From assembly GCA_003140935.1 (NCBI GenBank), contig PLLJ01000034.1, positions 79,505 through 143,504 on the forward strand: a DNA stretch of 64,000 nt. The letters run 5' to 3'. Below, piece by piece: positions 19,139 to 29,050 of the stretch; position 1 is the first letter of the stretch; the number at the start of each line of letters is the position of its first letter. The DNA comes from Candidatus Omnitrophota bacterium (GTDB taxonomy: Bacteria > Omnitrophota > Omnitrophia > Omnitrophales > Aquincolibacteriaceae). Under the pieces are notes generated by a model. That model did no database searches and was not told the origin of the DNA. It worked only from the letters and a program-made list of their open reading frames with translations. The translations under genes and the position numbers were made by a program.

Positions 19139-20556
19139 ATTTTGCAGGTATTCCTTTTGTGTTCCAATTTATACTTGTCATCCGAATCGTAGATCTTGGT
19201 CGGATATTTTCCCGTGTAACACGCGGCGCAAAAATCCTTCGGGTTCTGCGTGGTCGCGCCCAGCATTCCCTCCAGGCTCAGGTAGCCCAACGAATCCACA
19301 TTCAAAAATTTCTTGATATCTTCCATACTGTTATTGGCCGCCAAGAGCTCCTTTTTGGAAGGAAAATCGATCCCGTAAAAACAGGGCGAAATATGCGGCG
19401 GACCGCTGATCCGCATGTGGACCTCTTTGGCGCCCGCGCCTCTCAAAAGCTTGACGCGGCTTCTTGCGGTGTTTCCGCGAACGATCGAATCGTCCACCAC
19501 GATCACGCGTTTACCTTCCACGACCTGCCGGATCGGGTTCAATTTGATCTTGACCTTGAGCAAACGTCCCGCTTCCGAAGGACTGATGAACGTACGGCCG
19601 ATATAGTGGTTGCGGACGAACCCGTGCGAAAGCGGGATCCCCGACTCCCGGGAATAACCCATCGCCGCGAAACTTCCCGAGTCGGGGACCGGGATCACGA
19701 TGTCCGCGTCCACGGGATGCTCCTTCGCGAGTTGACGGCCAAGATTTTCCCGCACAAACGCTACACTATCATTAAAAATGGTCGAGTCCGGACGCGCGAA
19801 ATAGACGTGTTCAAAAATGCACTGCGCCTTGGCGGGTTTTTCATCTTTAAAAGGAAAATGGCTACGAAGCCCCTTGCTGTCGATCACGACGATCTCGCCC
19901 GGTTCGATCTCACGGATGAATTCGGCTTCGATCAGGTCGAACGCACAAGTCTCAGAAGCAAGCACGTAGCTATTCCCCAATTTTCCTAGGCAAAGCGGCC
20001 TGAACCCCTGCGGGTCGCGGACCCCGAACAAATGATCCTCGGTCAGAAGGACCAGACTGAACGCGCCTTTCGCCCGTTTTGCCGCCCCGATCACGCCCTC
20101 TTCATGAGAACGGTAGGACGGCTTGGCGATCATATGCACAAAAACTTCGGAATCGATCGTGCTCCCGAAAATGGAACCGTAAGCCTCAAGTTCTGCGCGA
20201 AGGATCTGCGCGTTCACAAGATTTCCGTTATGCGCGATCGCGATCTGCCCGCGCGAATAATCGACCTTGCAAGGCTGGGCGTTCAAAAGCGTCGAGGACC
20301 CGGTCGTGGAATAGCGGACATGGCCAATGGCATTCTTACCGGGAAGCTGGGCGAAAGACTCCTCATCAAACACCTCGCCGACATGTCCCATTTTTTTGAC
20401 AAGATAAAGATCGGAGCTGTCGCTGGTGCAGATCCCGGCCGCTTCCTCGCCGCGATGCTGGAGCGCAAAAAGCCCGAGCTGCGTGATGCGCGCCGCGTGG
20501 GGATGGTTGTAAATGCCGAAAATGCCGCAATGGTGTTTGATATTTTCGCCGCTCAT
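19135..20556 (-). CDS. purF: amidophosphoribosyltransferase
   Basis: N-terminal nucleophile CGIFGIY immediately after Met, and a PRTase motif [12 protein letters not shown]. Confidence 0.9.
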   Translation of the reverse strand: MSGENIKHHCGIFGIYNHPHAARITQLGLFALQHRGEEAAGICTSDSSDLYLVKKMGHVGEVFDEESFAQLPGKNAIGHVRYSTTGSSTLLNAQPCKVDYSRGQIAIAHNGNLVNAQILRAELEAYGSIFGSTIDSEVFVHMIAKPSYRSHEEGVIGAAKRAKGAFSLVLLTEDHLFGVRDPQGFRPLCLGKLGNSYVLASETCAFDLIEAEFIREIEPGEIVVIDSKGLRSHFPFKDEKPAKAQCIFEHVYFARPDSTIFNDSVAFVRENLGRQLAKEHPVDADIVIPVPDSGSFAAMGYSRESGIPLSHGFVRNHYIGRTFISPSEAGRLLKVKIKLNPIRQVVEGKRVIVVDDSIVRGNTARSRVKLLRGAGAKEVHMRISGPPHISPCFYGIDFPSKKELLAANNSMEDIKKFLNVDSLGYLSLEGMLGATTQNPKDFCAACYTGKYPTKIYDSDDKYKLEHKRNTCKI

Positions 20557-22826
20557 GATTTTCGCTCCATGATATTGTGGATCATGTTTTCGAAAAGTTT
20601 CACCATGTCCCCGACTGGAAGCCGGATCCGTTCTCCCAGGATGAGCGCATCCCCGCCCACTTTCCCGATCTCATAGAGAGGCACTCCCTGCTTTTGCGCT
20701 AAATATCTGATGTCTTTTTGATGCTCAGGCTTGACCGAGATAATCACGCGTGATTGGCTTTCGCCGAAATAGAGCGCGTCCACGCGAAGTCCTTTCTGAT
20801 GTTCCGAAACACCCTCAAGACCTCGCACCACAGCACCCAGGCCCGCGGCGCTTTTGATGCAACATTCAGCAAGCGCTACCGCGAGCCCACCTTCGGAAAG
20901 ATCGTGGCAGGAAACAAGCTTTTTTCCTTCCGCGGCCGCGAGAATGAATTGCTGAAGCGCTTTTTCGCGCACGAGATCCATCCGTGGCGGCAGACCCTGC
21001 TTCAAACCGTGCTCGATCATCAAGTAGTGGCTTCCTCCGAGTTCATTGAAAGTCTCCCCCGCAAGAAAAATAATGTCCCCCTCATCTTGAAAGGCCGACG
21101 GAATGCGCTTTTCGATATTCTCCAAAAGGCCGACCATCCCGATCGTAGGCGTCGGATAGATGGCGCCCTGCGGGCTCTCATTATAGAAGCTGACATTCCC
21201 GCCCGTGACCGGGATCTCAAGCGCCTTGCAGGATTCGATGATCCCGGACACCGCACTATGAAATTGCCAGAAAATCTCAGGCTTCATGGGATTGCCGAAA
21301 TTAAGACAGTTCGTCATGCCGATTGGTTTGGCGCCGGAACAGATGACGTTGCGCGCCGCTTCCGCAACGGCGATCTTCCCGCCTTCAAACGGATCAAGAT
21401 AAGCATAAAGACTATTGCAATCGGTTGAGACCGCGATCCCCTTTTGTGTTCCCTTGATGCGGATAAGCGCCGCATCGTGCCCCGGATAAAAGACCGAGTC
21501 CGTCCGGACCATGTGGTCGTACTGCTGCCAAACCCAGACTTTGGAGGCGATCGACGGATGTGAAAGTAATCGCTGGAGTACGGCACTGCAATCCCGCGGC
21601 TCGGGAACCGCGCCGAGATCGAGTCGCTGAGCTTCGGCCAAATAGGCTGGTTTTTCTTCTTCGCGCGTATAGACCGGCCCGTCATCCGCGAGTGCCTTCG
21701 CCGGGATCTCCGCGGCCAACTTCCCTTCATCCAGCACGCGATATTTATCGCCACGGGTCACTTCACCGATCTTCACGGCATGGAGGTCCCACTTCGTAAA
21801 AATGGTCTCGACCTCTTTTTCTTTTCCTTTTTTGACAATGACCAGCATGCGTTCTTGCGATTCCGAGAGCAAGGTTTCATAGGGGGTCATTCCGGGTTCG
21901 CGGCGCGGCACTTTTGCGAGGTCGATCTCGACCCCGGTGCTCGCACGGGATGCGGTCTCGCAGCCCGCGCAGGTCAGCCCCGCGGCGCCCATATCCTGCA
22001 TCCCCACCAGCGCGTCGGTCCTGAGAAGCTCCAAACACGCCTCCATTAAAAGTTTTTCCATGAAGGGGTCCCCCACTTGCACGGCCGGACGGTCCTCATG
22101 ACTTTGCTCCGAGAGTTCTTTGGAAGCGAATGCCGCACCGCCCAATCCGTCACGGCCGGTCGTGGCTCCCACGTAATAAACCGGATTGCCGACGCCGTGC
22201 GCCGCTCCGCGCACGATTTCGTCCTTCTTGATGATCCCGAGCGCCATCGCATTCACGAGAGGATTTCCCTCATAGGATGCGTCAAAATAAATATCCCCGC
22301 CCAGAGTCGGGATCCCCATGCAATTCCCGTAATGCGCGATCCCGGCAACTACGCCGCGGAAAAGCCGCTGGCTCACCGGTTCTTTGAGATCTCCGAACCG
22401 GAGAGAATTCATGAGAAGGATCGGCCGCGCACCCATCGTGAAAATGTCCCGGAGAATGCCTCCCACACCGGTCGCCGCGCCCTGGAAAGGCTCAATGGCC
22501 GAAGGGTGGTTATGACTTTCGATCTTGAAGCACACCGCAAAACCGTCGCCGATATCCACGATCCCGGCGTTCTCCTGCCCCGGCTTCACCAGCAGGTGTT
22601 CCTGATGCGGGAGTCCCGCGTTCATTCTCGAAAAAAGCTTGAGGATGGGCTTGGAATTCTTATAAGAGCAATGCTCGCTCCACATCACGCTGAACATTCC
22701 GAGTTCCGTGATGTTGGGATCCCGGCCGAGGATGTCCCGGATATGCTGATACTCCTGCGGCGTGATCCCGTGCGCCGCGATCAATTCCGAAGTGATGGGT
22801 GTCGTCGAATCTAATGCCGGCATCAT
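20553..22826 (-). CDS. purL: phosphoribosylformylglycinamidine synthase subunit PurL (FGAM synthase II)
   Basis: 757 aa with duplicated AIRS-like domains; split purS-purQ-purL arrangement. Confidence 0.85.
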   Translation of the reverse strand: MMPALDSTTPITSELIAAHGITPQEYQHIRDILGRDPNITELGMFSVMWSEHCSYKNSKPILKLFSRMNAGLPHQEHLLVKPGQENAGIVDIGDGFAVCFKIESHNHPSAIEPFQGAATGVGGILRDIFTMGARPILLMNSLRFGDLKEPVSQRLFRGVVAGIAHYGNCMGIPTLGGDIYFDASYEGNPLVNAMALGIIKKDEIVRGAAHGVGNPVYYVGATTGRDGLGGAAFASKELSEQSHEDRPAVQVGDPFMEKLLMEACLELLRTDALVGMQDMGAAGLTCAGCETASRASTGVEIDLAKVPRREPGMTPYETLLSESQERMLVIVKKGKEKEVETIFTKWDLHAVKIGEVTRGDKYRVLDEGKLAAEIPAKALADDGPVYTREEEKPAYLAEAQRLDLGAVPEPRDCSAVLQRLLSHPSIASKVWVWQQYDHMVRTDSVFYPGHDAALIRIKGTQKGIAVSTDCNSLYAYLDPFEGGKIAVAEAARNVICSGAKPIGMTNCLNFGNPMKPEIFWQFHSAVSGIIESCKALEIPVTGGNVSFYNESPQGAIYPTPTIGMVGLLENIEKRIPSAFQDEGDIIFLAGETFNELGGSHYLMIEHGLKQGLPPRMDLVREKALQQFILAAAEGKKLVSCHDLSEGGLAVALAECCIKSAAGLGAVVRGLEGVSEHQKGLRVDALYFGESQSRVIISVKPEHQKDIRYLAQKQGVPLYEIGKVGGDALILGERIRLPVGDMVKLFENMIHNIMERKS

Positions 22827-23516
22827 TTATTCCAGTGCGTTTAAAATGCTTTCGAAGATCTTGCGTCCGTCCGAAGAACCGAGAAGGTCCTCGCTCGACC
22901 GCTCCGGGTGGGGCATCATACCCAGGACATTTTTCTTTTTGTTCACGATGCCCGCGATATGATCCTTGGAACCGTTCGGATTGAACTCTTCTCCGAGTTT
23001 TCCGCCCTCGGACGAATAACGGAAAACGATCTGCGAATTATCATGCAAGGATTTCAGCGTATCCTCATCGCAATAATAATTCCCCTCACCGTGCGCAATG
23101 GGGACGCAAAGCGTCTCGCCCGGATCCATTTGCCCGGTAAAGATCGTCAGATTTTCTTCCGTGCGGATCCAGATATGTTTGCAAACAAATTCCAGCGTCT
23201 TGTTCCTGAGCATCGCGCCCGGCAAGAGCCCGGCTTCCAGAAGGATCTGGAACCCGTTACAGATCCCGATCACGGCACGGCCGCTCTGGGCGTGCTGGAT
23301 CACGGATTCCATGACCGGTGAAAAACGGGCGATCGCGCCGGTCCTCAGATAATCCCCGTAGCTAAACCCCCCCGGAATGACCACCAGATCCACCTTCGGA
23401 AGAGTACGTTCCTTGTGCCAGACGTACTCCACCGGCACTTTGACGACGTCTTTGAGCGCGTGGAAACAATCCGTATCACAATTAGAACCCGGAAATACAA
23501 TGACCGCGGCTTTCAT
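22827..23516 (-). CDS. purQ: phosphoribosylformylglycinamidine synthase glutaminase subunit PurQ
   Basis: Class I glutamine amidotransferase with GICNGFQ nucleophile elbow. 229 aa. Confidence 0.85.
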   Translation of the reverse strand: MKAAVIVFPGSNCDTDCFHALKDVVKVPVEYVWHKERTLPKVDLVVIPGGFSYGDYLRTGAIARFSPVMESVIQHAQSGRAVIGICNGFQILLEAGLLPGAMLRNKTLEFVCKHIWIRTEENLTIFTGQMDPGETLCVPIAHGEGNYYCDEDTLKSLHDNSQIVFRYSSEGGKLGEEFNPNGSKDHIAGIVNKKKNVLGMMPHPERSSEDLLGSSDGRKIFESILNALE

Positions 23517-23602
23517 GAACTTCCTCTTCGGGGAACGCTGAACGGGAAATGCAGAACGTCAAAGCTTTTTCGTTCCCCGTTCCCTGTTGCCCGATATTTT
23601 AA

Positions 23603-23860
23603 TTAGGATGGCACTTCTTGAATTTCGAATGAATACTCTTCGATCACGGGATTATGAAGCAATTTGTCGCACATGACGTGAATGCGTTCTTCAGCCTTCA
23701 CGCGCGTCTCCGCTTCAAGCACAAGCTCGAAATATTTCCCGATCCTCAAACTCTTCGCTTCTTTGAACCCCATGGACTCAAGCGCGTGGAGCGTCGTCTG
23801 CCCCTGCGGATCCAAAACCGATTTTTTCAAGCTCGTATGAATTCTTGCTTTGAATTGCAT
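23603..23860 (-). CDS. purS: phosphoribosylformylglycinamidine synthase subunit PurS
   Basis: 85 aa located between purC and purQ, of typical PurS size. Confidence 0.7.
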   Translation of the reverse strand: MQFKARIHTSLKKSVLDPQGQTTLHALESMGFKEAKSLRIGKYFELVLEAETRVKAEERIHVMCDKLLHNPVIEEYSFEIQEVPS

Positions 23861-23868
23861 GCATCCCC

Positions 23869-24795
23869 CTACTTCTGGCTCCGAATATCTTTTCCGGATA
23901 ACCGCTTATAGATCTCACAATAGGCCTCGGTGGTCTTCTCAATGATATCTTCCGGAAGCTCCGGTGCGGGCGCGCGTTTTTCCCACGAAAGCGTTTCTAG
24001 ATAATTTCTTACGATCTGTTTGTCAAAACTCGGCTGATCATGGCCGGTCTCATACTGGTCGGCGGGCCAAAAGCGCGAGCTGTCGGGCGTCAAGATCTCG
24101 TCGATCAGCATCATTTTTCCGTCATGGATACCAAATTCGAATTTCGTGTCCGCGATAATGATCCCCTTCGACGCCGCGTATTCCTGGCCCTTCTTATAAA
24201 GAAGGATGGAAAGGTCCTTGGCTTGTTGGGCGATGTCTTTCCCAACGATCCGGATCGCCTCGCTGAAATCGATATTGACGTCATGCCCGCTCTTTGCCTT
24301 CGTGGACGGCGTAAAAAGCGGCTCCGGGAATTTCTGGCACTGTTCCATGCCGGGCAAAAGCGTGTGCCCGCAAACCTTACCCGTCTTCAGGTAATCCTTC
24401 CATCCGGAACCGGTAATATAGCCCCGGACCACGCATTCGATCGCGAGCGGTTCCGCCCGCTTCACGAGCACGGAACGCCCGGTCAGTTCATGACGAAAGT
24501 TAGCAACCACTTCTTTCGGCAGGCCCATGGCATCCACGTCCGCGGTGATCAGATGCTGTGGAAGGATATCCTTAAAATGCTCCAGCCAAAAAAGCGTGAT
24601 CTGATTGAGGACCTTCCCCTTCATCGGGATCGGGTCCGGCATCACCACGTCAAAAGCGCTCAGCCGGTCGGTCGTCACGATCAGAAGCTTATCAGGTCCT
24701 ACTCCGTAGATATCACGCACTTTTCCGACCGCGACACGCGGCAGCGGCAGGCGCGTTTCCAGGATCGCTTCGTTCCTATCAAGATCACTCGCCAT
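23869..24795 (-). CDS. purC: phosphoribosylaminoimidazole-succinocarboxamide synthase (SAICAR synthetase)
   Basis: GKVRDIY ATP-binding motif near the N-terminus; 308-aa long-form PurC. Confidence 0.85.
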   Translation of the reverse strand: MASDLDRNEAILETRLPLPRVAVGKVRDIYGVGPDKLLIVTTDRLSAFDVVMPDPIPMKGKVLNQITLFWLEHFKDILPQHLITADVDAMGLPKEVVANFRHELTGRSVLVKRAEPLAIECVVRGYITGSGWKDYLKTGKVCGHTLLPGMEQCQKFPEPLFTPSTKAKSGHDVNIDFSEAIRIVGKDIAQQAKDLSILLYKKGQEYAASKGIIIADTKFEFGIHDGKMMLIDEILTPDSSRFWPADQYETGHDQPSFDKQIVRNYLETLSWEKRAPAPELPEDIIEKTTEAYCEIYKRLSGKDIRSQK

Positions 24796-24806
24796 AGGGT
24801 GCTCCC

Positions 24807-26117
24807 TTATTTTGAGGATGAACGGATTCCCGCACGTTTTAGAATGACCGGTATGTTCTTAAGATGCCTGTCATAGCTGAAGACCGCGCGTATCTCCTGG
24901 GGCGTCAGGATTTTTAAGATCTTCTCTTCTTTCAACACCACTTGCTCCAGATAAAGTTTTTCATCTTCCCAAAGTTTTTTGGCTGCGTCCTGCACGAGCT
25001 TATAACCCTCCTCGCGAGTCAGGCCCTTTTCCACAAGCGCGAGAAGCAGACCCTGCGAAAACACCATGCCCCGGCTGGACTCCAGATTTTTGAGCATGCG
25101 GTCTTTATTGACCACAAGATTCTTGATCACGTTCTGCATAAGCCCGAGCATATAATCAAGGAGAATGGTGCTGTCGGGGAAAATGACGCGCTCGACGGAA
25201 GAATGCGTGATGTCCCGTTCGTGCCACAGCGCGATGTTCTCAAAACCCGCAAGCGCGTTCCCGCGAAGAATGCGCGAAAGCCCTGCCACACGTTCGCAAA
25301 TAATGGGATTCCGCTTGTGCGGCATCGCCGAAGAACCTTTCTGCCCTTTTGAGAAAAATTCCTGCACTTCAAAAATCTCTGTTCTCTGAAGACCCCGGAT
25401 CTCGGTCGCAAGCTGTTCGAGCGAACCCCCGACGATCGCGATCGCTCCCAGATATTCCGCGTGACGGTCACGCTGAAGGACCTGCGTTGAAACCGGCGCC
25501 GGGTTCAGCCTGAGTTTCTTGCAGACAAATTCCTCGACCTTGGGATCCACGTTCGCGAAAGTCCCGACCGCACCGGAGATCTTGCCATACCGGAGATTTT
25601 CTTTGGCGGCCTCAAGGCGCACAAGACCCCGTTGACACGCGGCATGGAAAAGCGCCATCTTGAGCCCGAAAGTGATGGGTTCGGCATGCACGCCGTGCGA
25701 GCGGCCCACCATAAGGGTGCGGGCATGTTCTTTGGCTTTTTCGCCGAGAAGCACAATAAGTTTTTTCAGCTCACGGATAAGGATCTCCGAGGCCTCCTGA
25801 ACTTGAAGTGAAAGCCCGGTATCCAGAATGTCTGAGGAAGTCAAGCCAAAGTGAACGTAGCGGCCCGCGGGGCCGACGTTCTCGGAAATATTGGTAAGAA
25901 AGGCAATGACGTCATGATTGACGACCTTCTCGATCTCTTTGACGCGCTCAACATCGAATTTTGCCCGGGCACGGACCTTGGCGGGAACACCCTTGGGAAT
26001 ATAGCCGTAGTGCGCAAGCCCCTCAAGCGCGGCCAACTCCACTTCAAGCCACTTTTGAAGCTTGTTCTCTTCAGTCCAGATCTTCGCCATTTCCTGGCGC
26101 GTGTAACGAGAGATCAT
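24807..26117 (-). CDS. purB: adenylosuccinate lyase
   Basis: Fumarate-lyase superfamily with GSSAMPHKRNP signature. Start taken at MISRYTRQEM. Confidence 0.85.
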   Translation of the reverse strand: MISRYTRQEMAKIWTEENKLQKWLEVELAALEGLAHYGYIPKGVPAKVRARAKFDVERVKEIEKVVNHDVIAFLTNISENVGPAGRYVHFGLTSSDILDTGLSLQVQEASEILIRELKKLIVLLGEKAKEHARTLMVGRSHGVHAEPITFGLKMALFHAACQRGLVRLEAAKENLRYGKISGAVGTFANVDPKVEEFVCKKLRLNPAPVSTQVLQRDRHAEYLGAIAIVGGSLEQLATEIRGLQRTEIFEVQEFFSKGQKGSSAMPHKRNPIICERVAGLSRILRGNALAGFENIALWHERDITHSSVERVIFPDSTILLDYMLGLMQNVIKNLVVNKDRMLKNLESSRGMVFSQGLLLALVEKGLTREEGYKLVQDAAKKLWEDEKLYLEQVVLKEEKILKILTPQEIRAVFSYDRHLKNIPVILKRAGIRSSSK

Positions 26118-26226
26118 CTTGTATCCGCCTTCCTTACGGTCCACAACCACTGGTACTGCATTACTATTTATTCTAAAGGCTCGCAGTGCCGTACCGTCAA
26201 CCCTTAAAATTGATCGAAGACGGTAC

Positions 26227-26304
26227 TGGTAGCGCTAACGGGATTTAAACCCGTGTTTCTGCCTTGAGAGGGCAGCGTCCTAGATCAGGCTAGACGATAG
26301 CGCC
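26227..26304 (-). tRNA. tRNA-Glu (anticodon CTC), CCA encoded
   Basis: Minus strand: GGCGCTATCGTCTAGCCTGATCTAGGACGCTGCCCTCTCAAGGCAGAAACACGGGTTTAAATCCCGTTAGCGCTACCA. Glu-type D-arm (GTCTAG..AGGAC), anticodon loop CTCTCAA. Confidence 0.6.
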
Positions 26305-26434
26305 CTGATGAATCCCGCTTATCTTCTATATCGATCATCAGGACGCCTTTAGAAAACACGTGCCCTGTGACAGATCTAACCCACGATTGAAAAACAAGTT
26401 GCGGGGAGAATAAAAGCGCTAAAAACGAACTCGG

Positions 26435-26498
26435 TCCCAATTTTTATCAATTTTTGAGAATCTGAAATTGGGGCAGCACTTGTCACCATTTAAAAAAG
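26435..26498 (+). repeat. REP/MITE-like hairpin element, copy 3
   Basis: GTCCCAATTtttATCAATTTttgagaatctgAAATTGGGGCAgcaCTTGTCACCaTTTAAAAAAG. Confidence 0.6.
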
Positions 26499-26623
26499 CA
26501 AAATTAAGACGAGTGCAGTATAGCTTTGCCCCTATAGAATGTCAACGGACACACACCCCGGAAAAAACAGCCTAAAACAAGGGAGACTTTCCGGAACGAT
26601 CGAATGACTTGTAAAAGCGCTCT

Positions 26624-26902
26624 TTAAAAACGCCGATCCACCTTGTCTTTTAGGTCATACACGGATTTTTCAAGCATTTTCACGCGCTCTGCCATGAACC
26701 GGTTCGCCTGTTCCAAGTCGGAAACACGCCGTTCAAGCGTATCCGCACGGTCTTGCTTGAGAGTTTTTTCCATGTCGGAAAAATCCGTCGAAGTCCCGCT
26801 CATGCCCGTCCCCTTCGCTTCGTCCTCGGCCGCCCGCAAAAGCGGAAGTGCGATCGAAAAGAAGCACATCACCAAGATTGAAACTACCGCGAGTTTTTTC
26901 AT
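26624..26902 (-). CDS. small secreted coiled-coil protein (hypothetical)
   Basis: From MKKLAVVSILVMCFFSIALPLLRA (signal peptide), followed by a charged coiled-coil region. The ORF-track N-terminal extension is discounted. Confidence 0.4.
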   Translation of the reverse strand: MKKLAVVSILVMCFFSIALPLLRAAEDEAKGTGMSGTSTDFSDMEKTLKQDRADTLERRVSDLEQANRFMAERVKMLEKSVYDLKDKVDRRF

Positions 26903-27027
26903 AAGAGTCACCTCGTGCGGGAGTATAGCATAACCCAGGAGAACGCAAAATGGGAAACACGATGTGAAAAAACCGGGATTCGTCCCTCGCCTGGCTCTCA
27001 TTCAAATTTTTATTGAAAGCCAGTGCA

Positions 27028-27066
27028 GTACTGAATAACCATTAATTTTTATCAGTTATTCAGTAC
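27028..27066. repeat. perfect 12-bp inverted repeat (hairpin) downstream of xerD
   Basis: GTACTGAATAAC-cattaatttttatca-GTTATTCAGTAC. Confidence 0.5.
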
Positions 27067-27133
27067 GGGACTCAAAAAACGAAAAAACAGAAAGCGATTT
27101 GTGTCGAGGATCGAGTCCCCAGTCCCGCGCTTG

Positions 27134-28060
27134 TCAGCCTCGGGGATGAAATTTCGCGTGGATGGATTTGAGGCGGTTCCCGGAGACATGCGTGTAGATC
27201 TGCGTCGTAGAAATATCCGCATGGCCGAGAAGCTCCTGGACCACACGCAGGTCCGCGCCGCGCTCCAAAAGGTGGGTCGCAAAAGAATGGCGGAACGTGT
27301 GGGGGGTGATCTCCTTGGTGATACCGGCAAGCCGCGCATATTTTCCGATCATCTGCCACACAAATTGCCGCGTCAGCCCTTTCCCGCTTCGGCCCAGAAA
27401 AAAATGCTCGGTCTTGGCCTTCATCTTGGAACGGACCCTGGCAAGATAGGTCTGGCAAGCCGAGACCGCGACACTGCCGAGCGGTACAAGCCGTTCCTTA
27501 TCCCCTTTGCCGCGACACTTGATGAACTTATTATCCAGATACACATGCCCCAAAGGAAGTTCCGTGATCTCTGAGACCCGCATCCCGGTCGCGTAAAGAC
27601 ACTCCAAGAGCGCCAGGTCCCGTATCCCTCCGGGCTTTTTGACGTCTGGCGTCTTGAGAAGAGAGTCCATTTCCTGCGTGGTCAAAAAATGAGGCAGTTT
27701 TTTCCAGAGTTTCGGCGATTCCAGGACGCTTGTAATGTCGCTCTGGACATGGCGTTCTTTAGTGAGAAAACGGTGGAAAAGCTTGACCGAGACAAGTCCT
27801 CGGGCGATCGAGGAAGATTCGAGACCCCGTTTACTTTCCGCGTTCAGGAATTTCAGGATATGGGTCCGCGTGACCTTCGCCCAGTCTGAAACCTTTTCTT
27901 TTTTCAGGAAGGAGTCGTAACGCGCGAGGTCCTGCCGGTAGGCGTCCAGCGTATTCTGGGCCAGCCCTTTTTCCACGGAGAGATAGTTCAGAAACTCCTC
28001 GAAAAGGAGTTGGCTCTTGTCCTTAGGTTTCTCTGCGGTTACCGGTGCCGTATCCATCAC
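27134..28060 (-). CDS. xerD: site-specific tyrosine recombinase XerD-like
   Basis: R..HTFRHSFATHLLERGADLRVVQELLGHADISTTQIYTHV with the catalytic Tyr; N-terminal SAM-like core-binding domain; 308 aa. Confidence 0.8.
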   Translation of the reverse strand: MMDTAPVTAEKPKDKSQLLFEEFLNYLSVEKGLAQNTLDAYRQDLARYDSFLKKEKVSDWAKVTRTHILKFLNAESKRGLESSSIARGLVSVKLFHRFLTKERHVQSDITSVLESPKLWKKLPHFLTTQEMDSLLKTPDVKKPGGIRDLALLECLYATGMRVSEITELPLGHVYLDNKFIKCRGKGDKERLVPLGSVAVSACQTYLARVRSKMKAKTEHFFLGRSGKGLTRQFVWQMIGKYARLAGITKEITPHTFRHSFATHLLERGADLRVVQELLGHADISTTQIYTHVSGNRLKSIHAKFHPRG

Positions 28061-28156
28061 CCCAGGTATCGGCTAATTAGACTGGAGACTGGAGACAGAG
28101 GACTGGGAATCCTCATAGCGCACGGCAACCACAGCACTTTTATACTGACCGTGCGG

Positions 28157-28981
28157 TCATGGTTTTTTGCTATCGGTAGAAGAGCCGTAGGTGCGACACA
28201 GGGCTTTCTTTTCATCCGGATCGACAAAGAGCAGTTTTTTGTTGTCGTACCTCTTTCTCGCTAATTTTCTCGTCTCGGCCTGTCCGGGCGGCATGAGAGT
28301 CAGGGTATCCAGATATTCTGATTCACGGTCCGCGCAAACGGCGACTTCCATAAACTGGTTCAGGTCCGTGTCCAGATCTAAGACATCACCCCGTTTCATC
28401 CTAGCCAGCATGAGCGCTCTCAAAGCGTCAAAGTAATCCGTCATACCCTTTCTTTCGTACCGGGCCCTTTCGGAAAAAATCGCGGCTTTTCTAGAAAGAA
28501 GGCTTATGTCTCCGGGACTTCTTTTTAATTCCTCATCGATCTCTCTGAGGGCTTTTCCTCTCTCATTGCGAAGACCCAAATAATACCTGGCCCTGCGATA
28601 GACCTTCTTGGCGTCCCACACATACCATTTGGACTTTTTGGGAATAGCATCGTAGGCAATGATCGCGACCTCTTTGCCTTCCAAAAAAAACTGCCATATA
28701 TCGGGACGAGGCTCAGGCCCGTACTTGGGGGGTTCCGGGGATACAGCAAAATATTGATAGCCTTGGCCGACCACATATTCGCTGATCCTATACAGATCTT
28801 TGTTGGACATGCGGGGACTTGGAACCGGCCATTCGGTTTTCACCAGAGAATCATAGATGTCATAGCTGTCCAGGACCTTCACCTGGTCCTCCAAAGAATC
28901 CGCCCACAAAAGACCTGCCCCGGCAAAAAACAGCAGGACCATAAAACAAAATAATATTTTGCAATTCCCGGCAGGCATCAT
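28157..28981 (-). CDS. secreted hypothetical protein
   Basis: 274 aa with a signal peptide (ILFCFMVLLFFAGAGLLWA); no motif recognised. Confidence 0.45.
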   Translation of the reverse strand: MMPAGNCKILFCFMVLLFFAGAGLLWADSLEDQVKVLDSYDIYDSLVKTEWPVPSPRMSNKDLYRISEYVVGQGYQYFAVSPEPPKYGPEPRPDIWQFFLEGKEVAIIAYDAIPKKSKWYVWDAKKVYRRARYYLGLRNERGKALREIDEELKRSPGDISLLSRKAAIFSERARYERKGMTDYFDALRALMLARMKRGDVLDLDTDLNQFMEVAVCADRESEYLDTLTLMPPGQAETRKLARKRYDNKKLLFVDPDEKKALCRTYGSSTDSKKP

Positions 28982-29050
28982 TTAACTCCGGACTTTTTAA
29001 GTTCGAGCGAACGCGGGTGCTTCTTCCCTGGCCCGATCCCCTCACTTTGT

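Noticed and set aside
26227-26304. Alternative reading of this tRNA as a pseudogene because of the G1-U72 wobble and 78-nt length
   Set aside because: All arms fold with standard geometry, CCA is encoded, and the D-arm is typical of tRNA-Glu. The extra length comes from a longer D-loop. It is kept as functional tRNA-Glu(CTC) at moderate confidence.
28061-28156. ACTGGAGA-type short tandem motif (actggagactggagacagaggactggga) upstream of xerD as a regulatory repeat
   Set aside because: It has only about three imperfect copies in one place and no symmetry or phasing. It is too weak to call.
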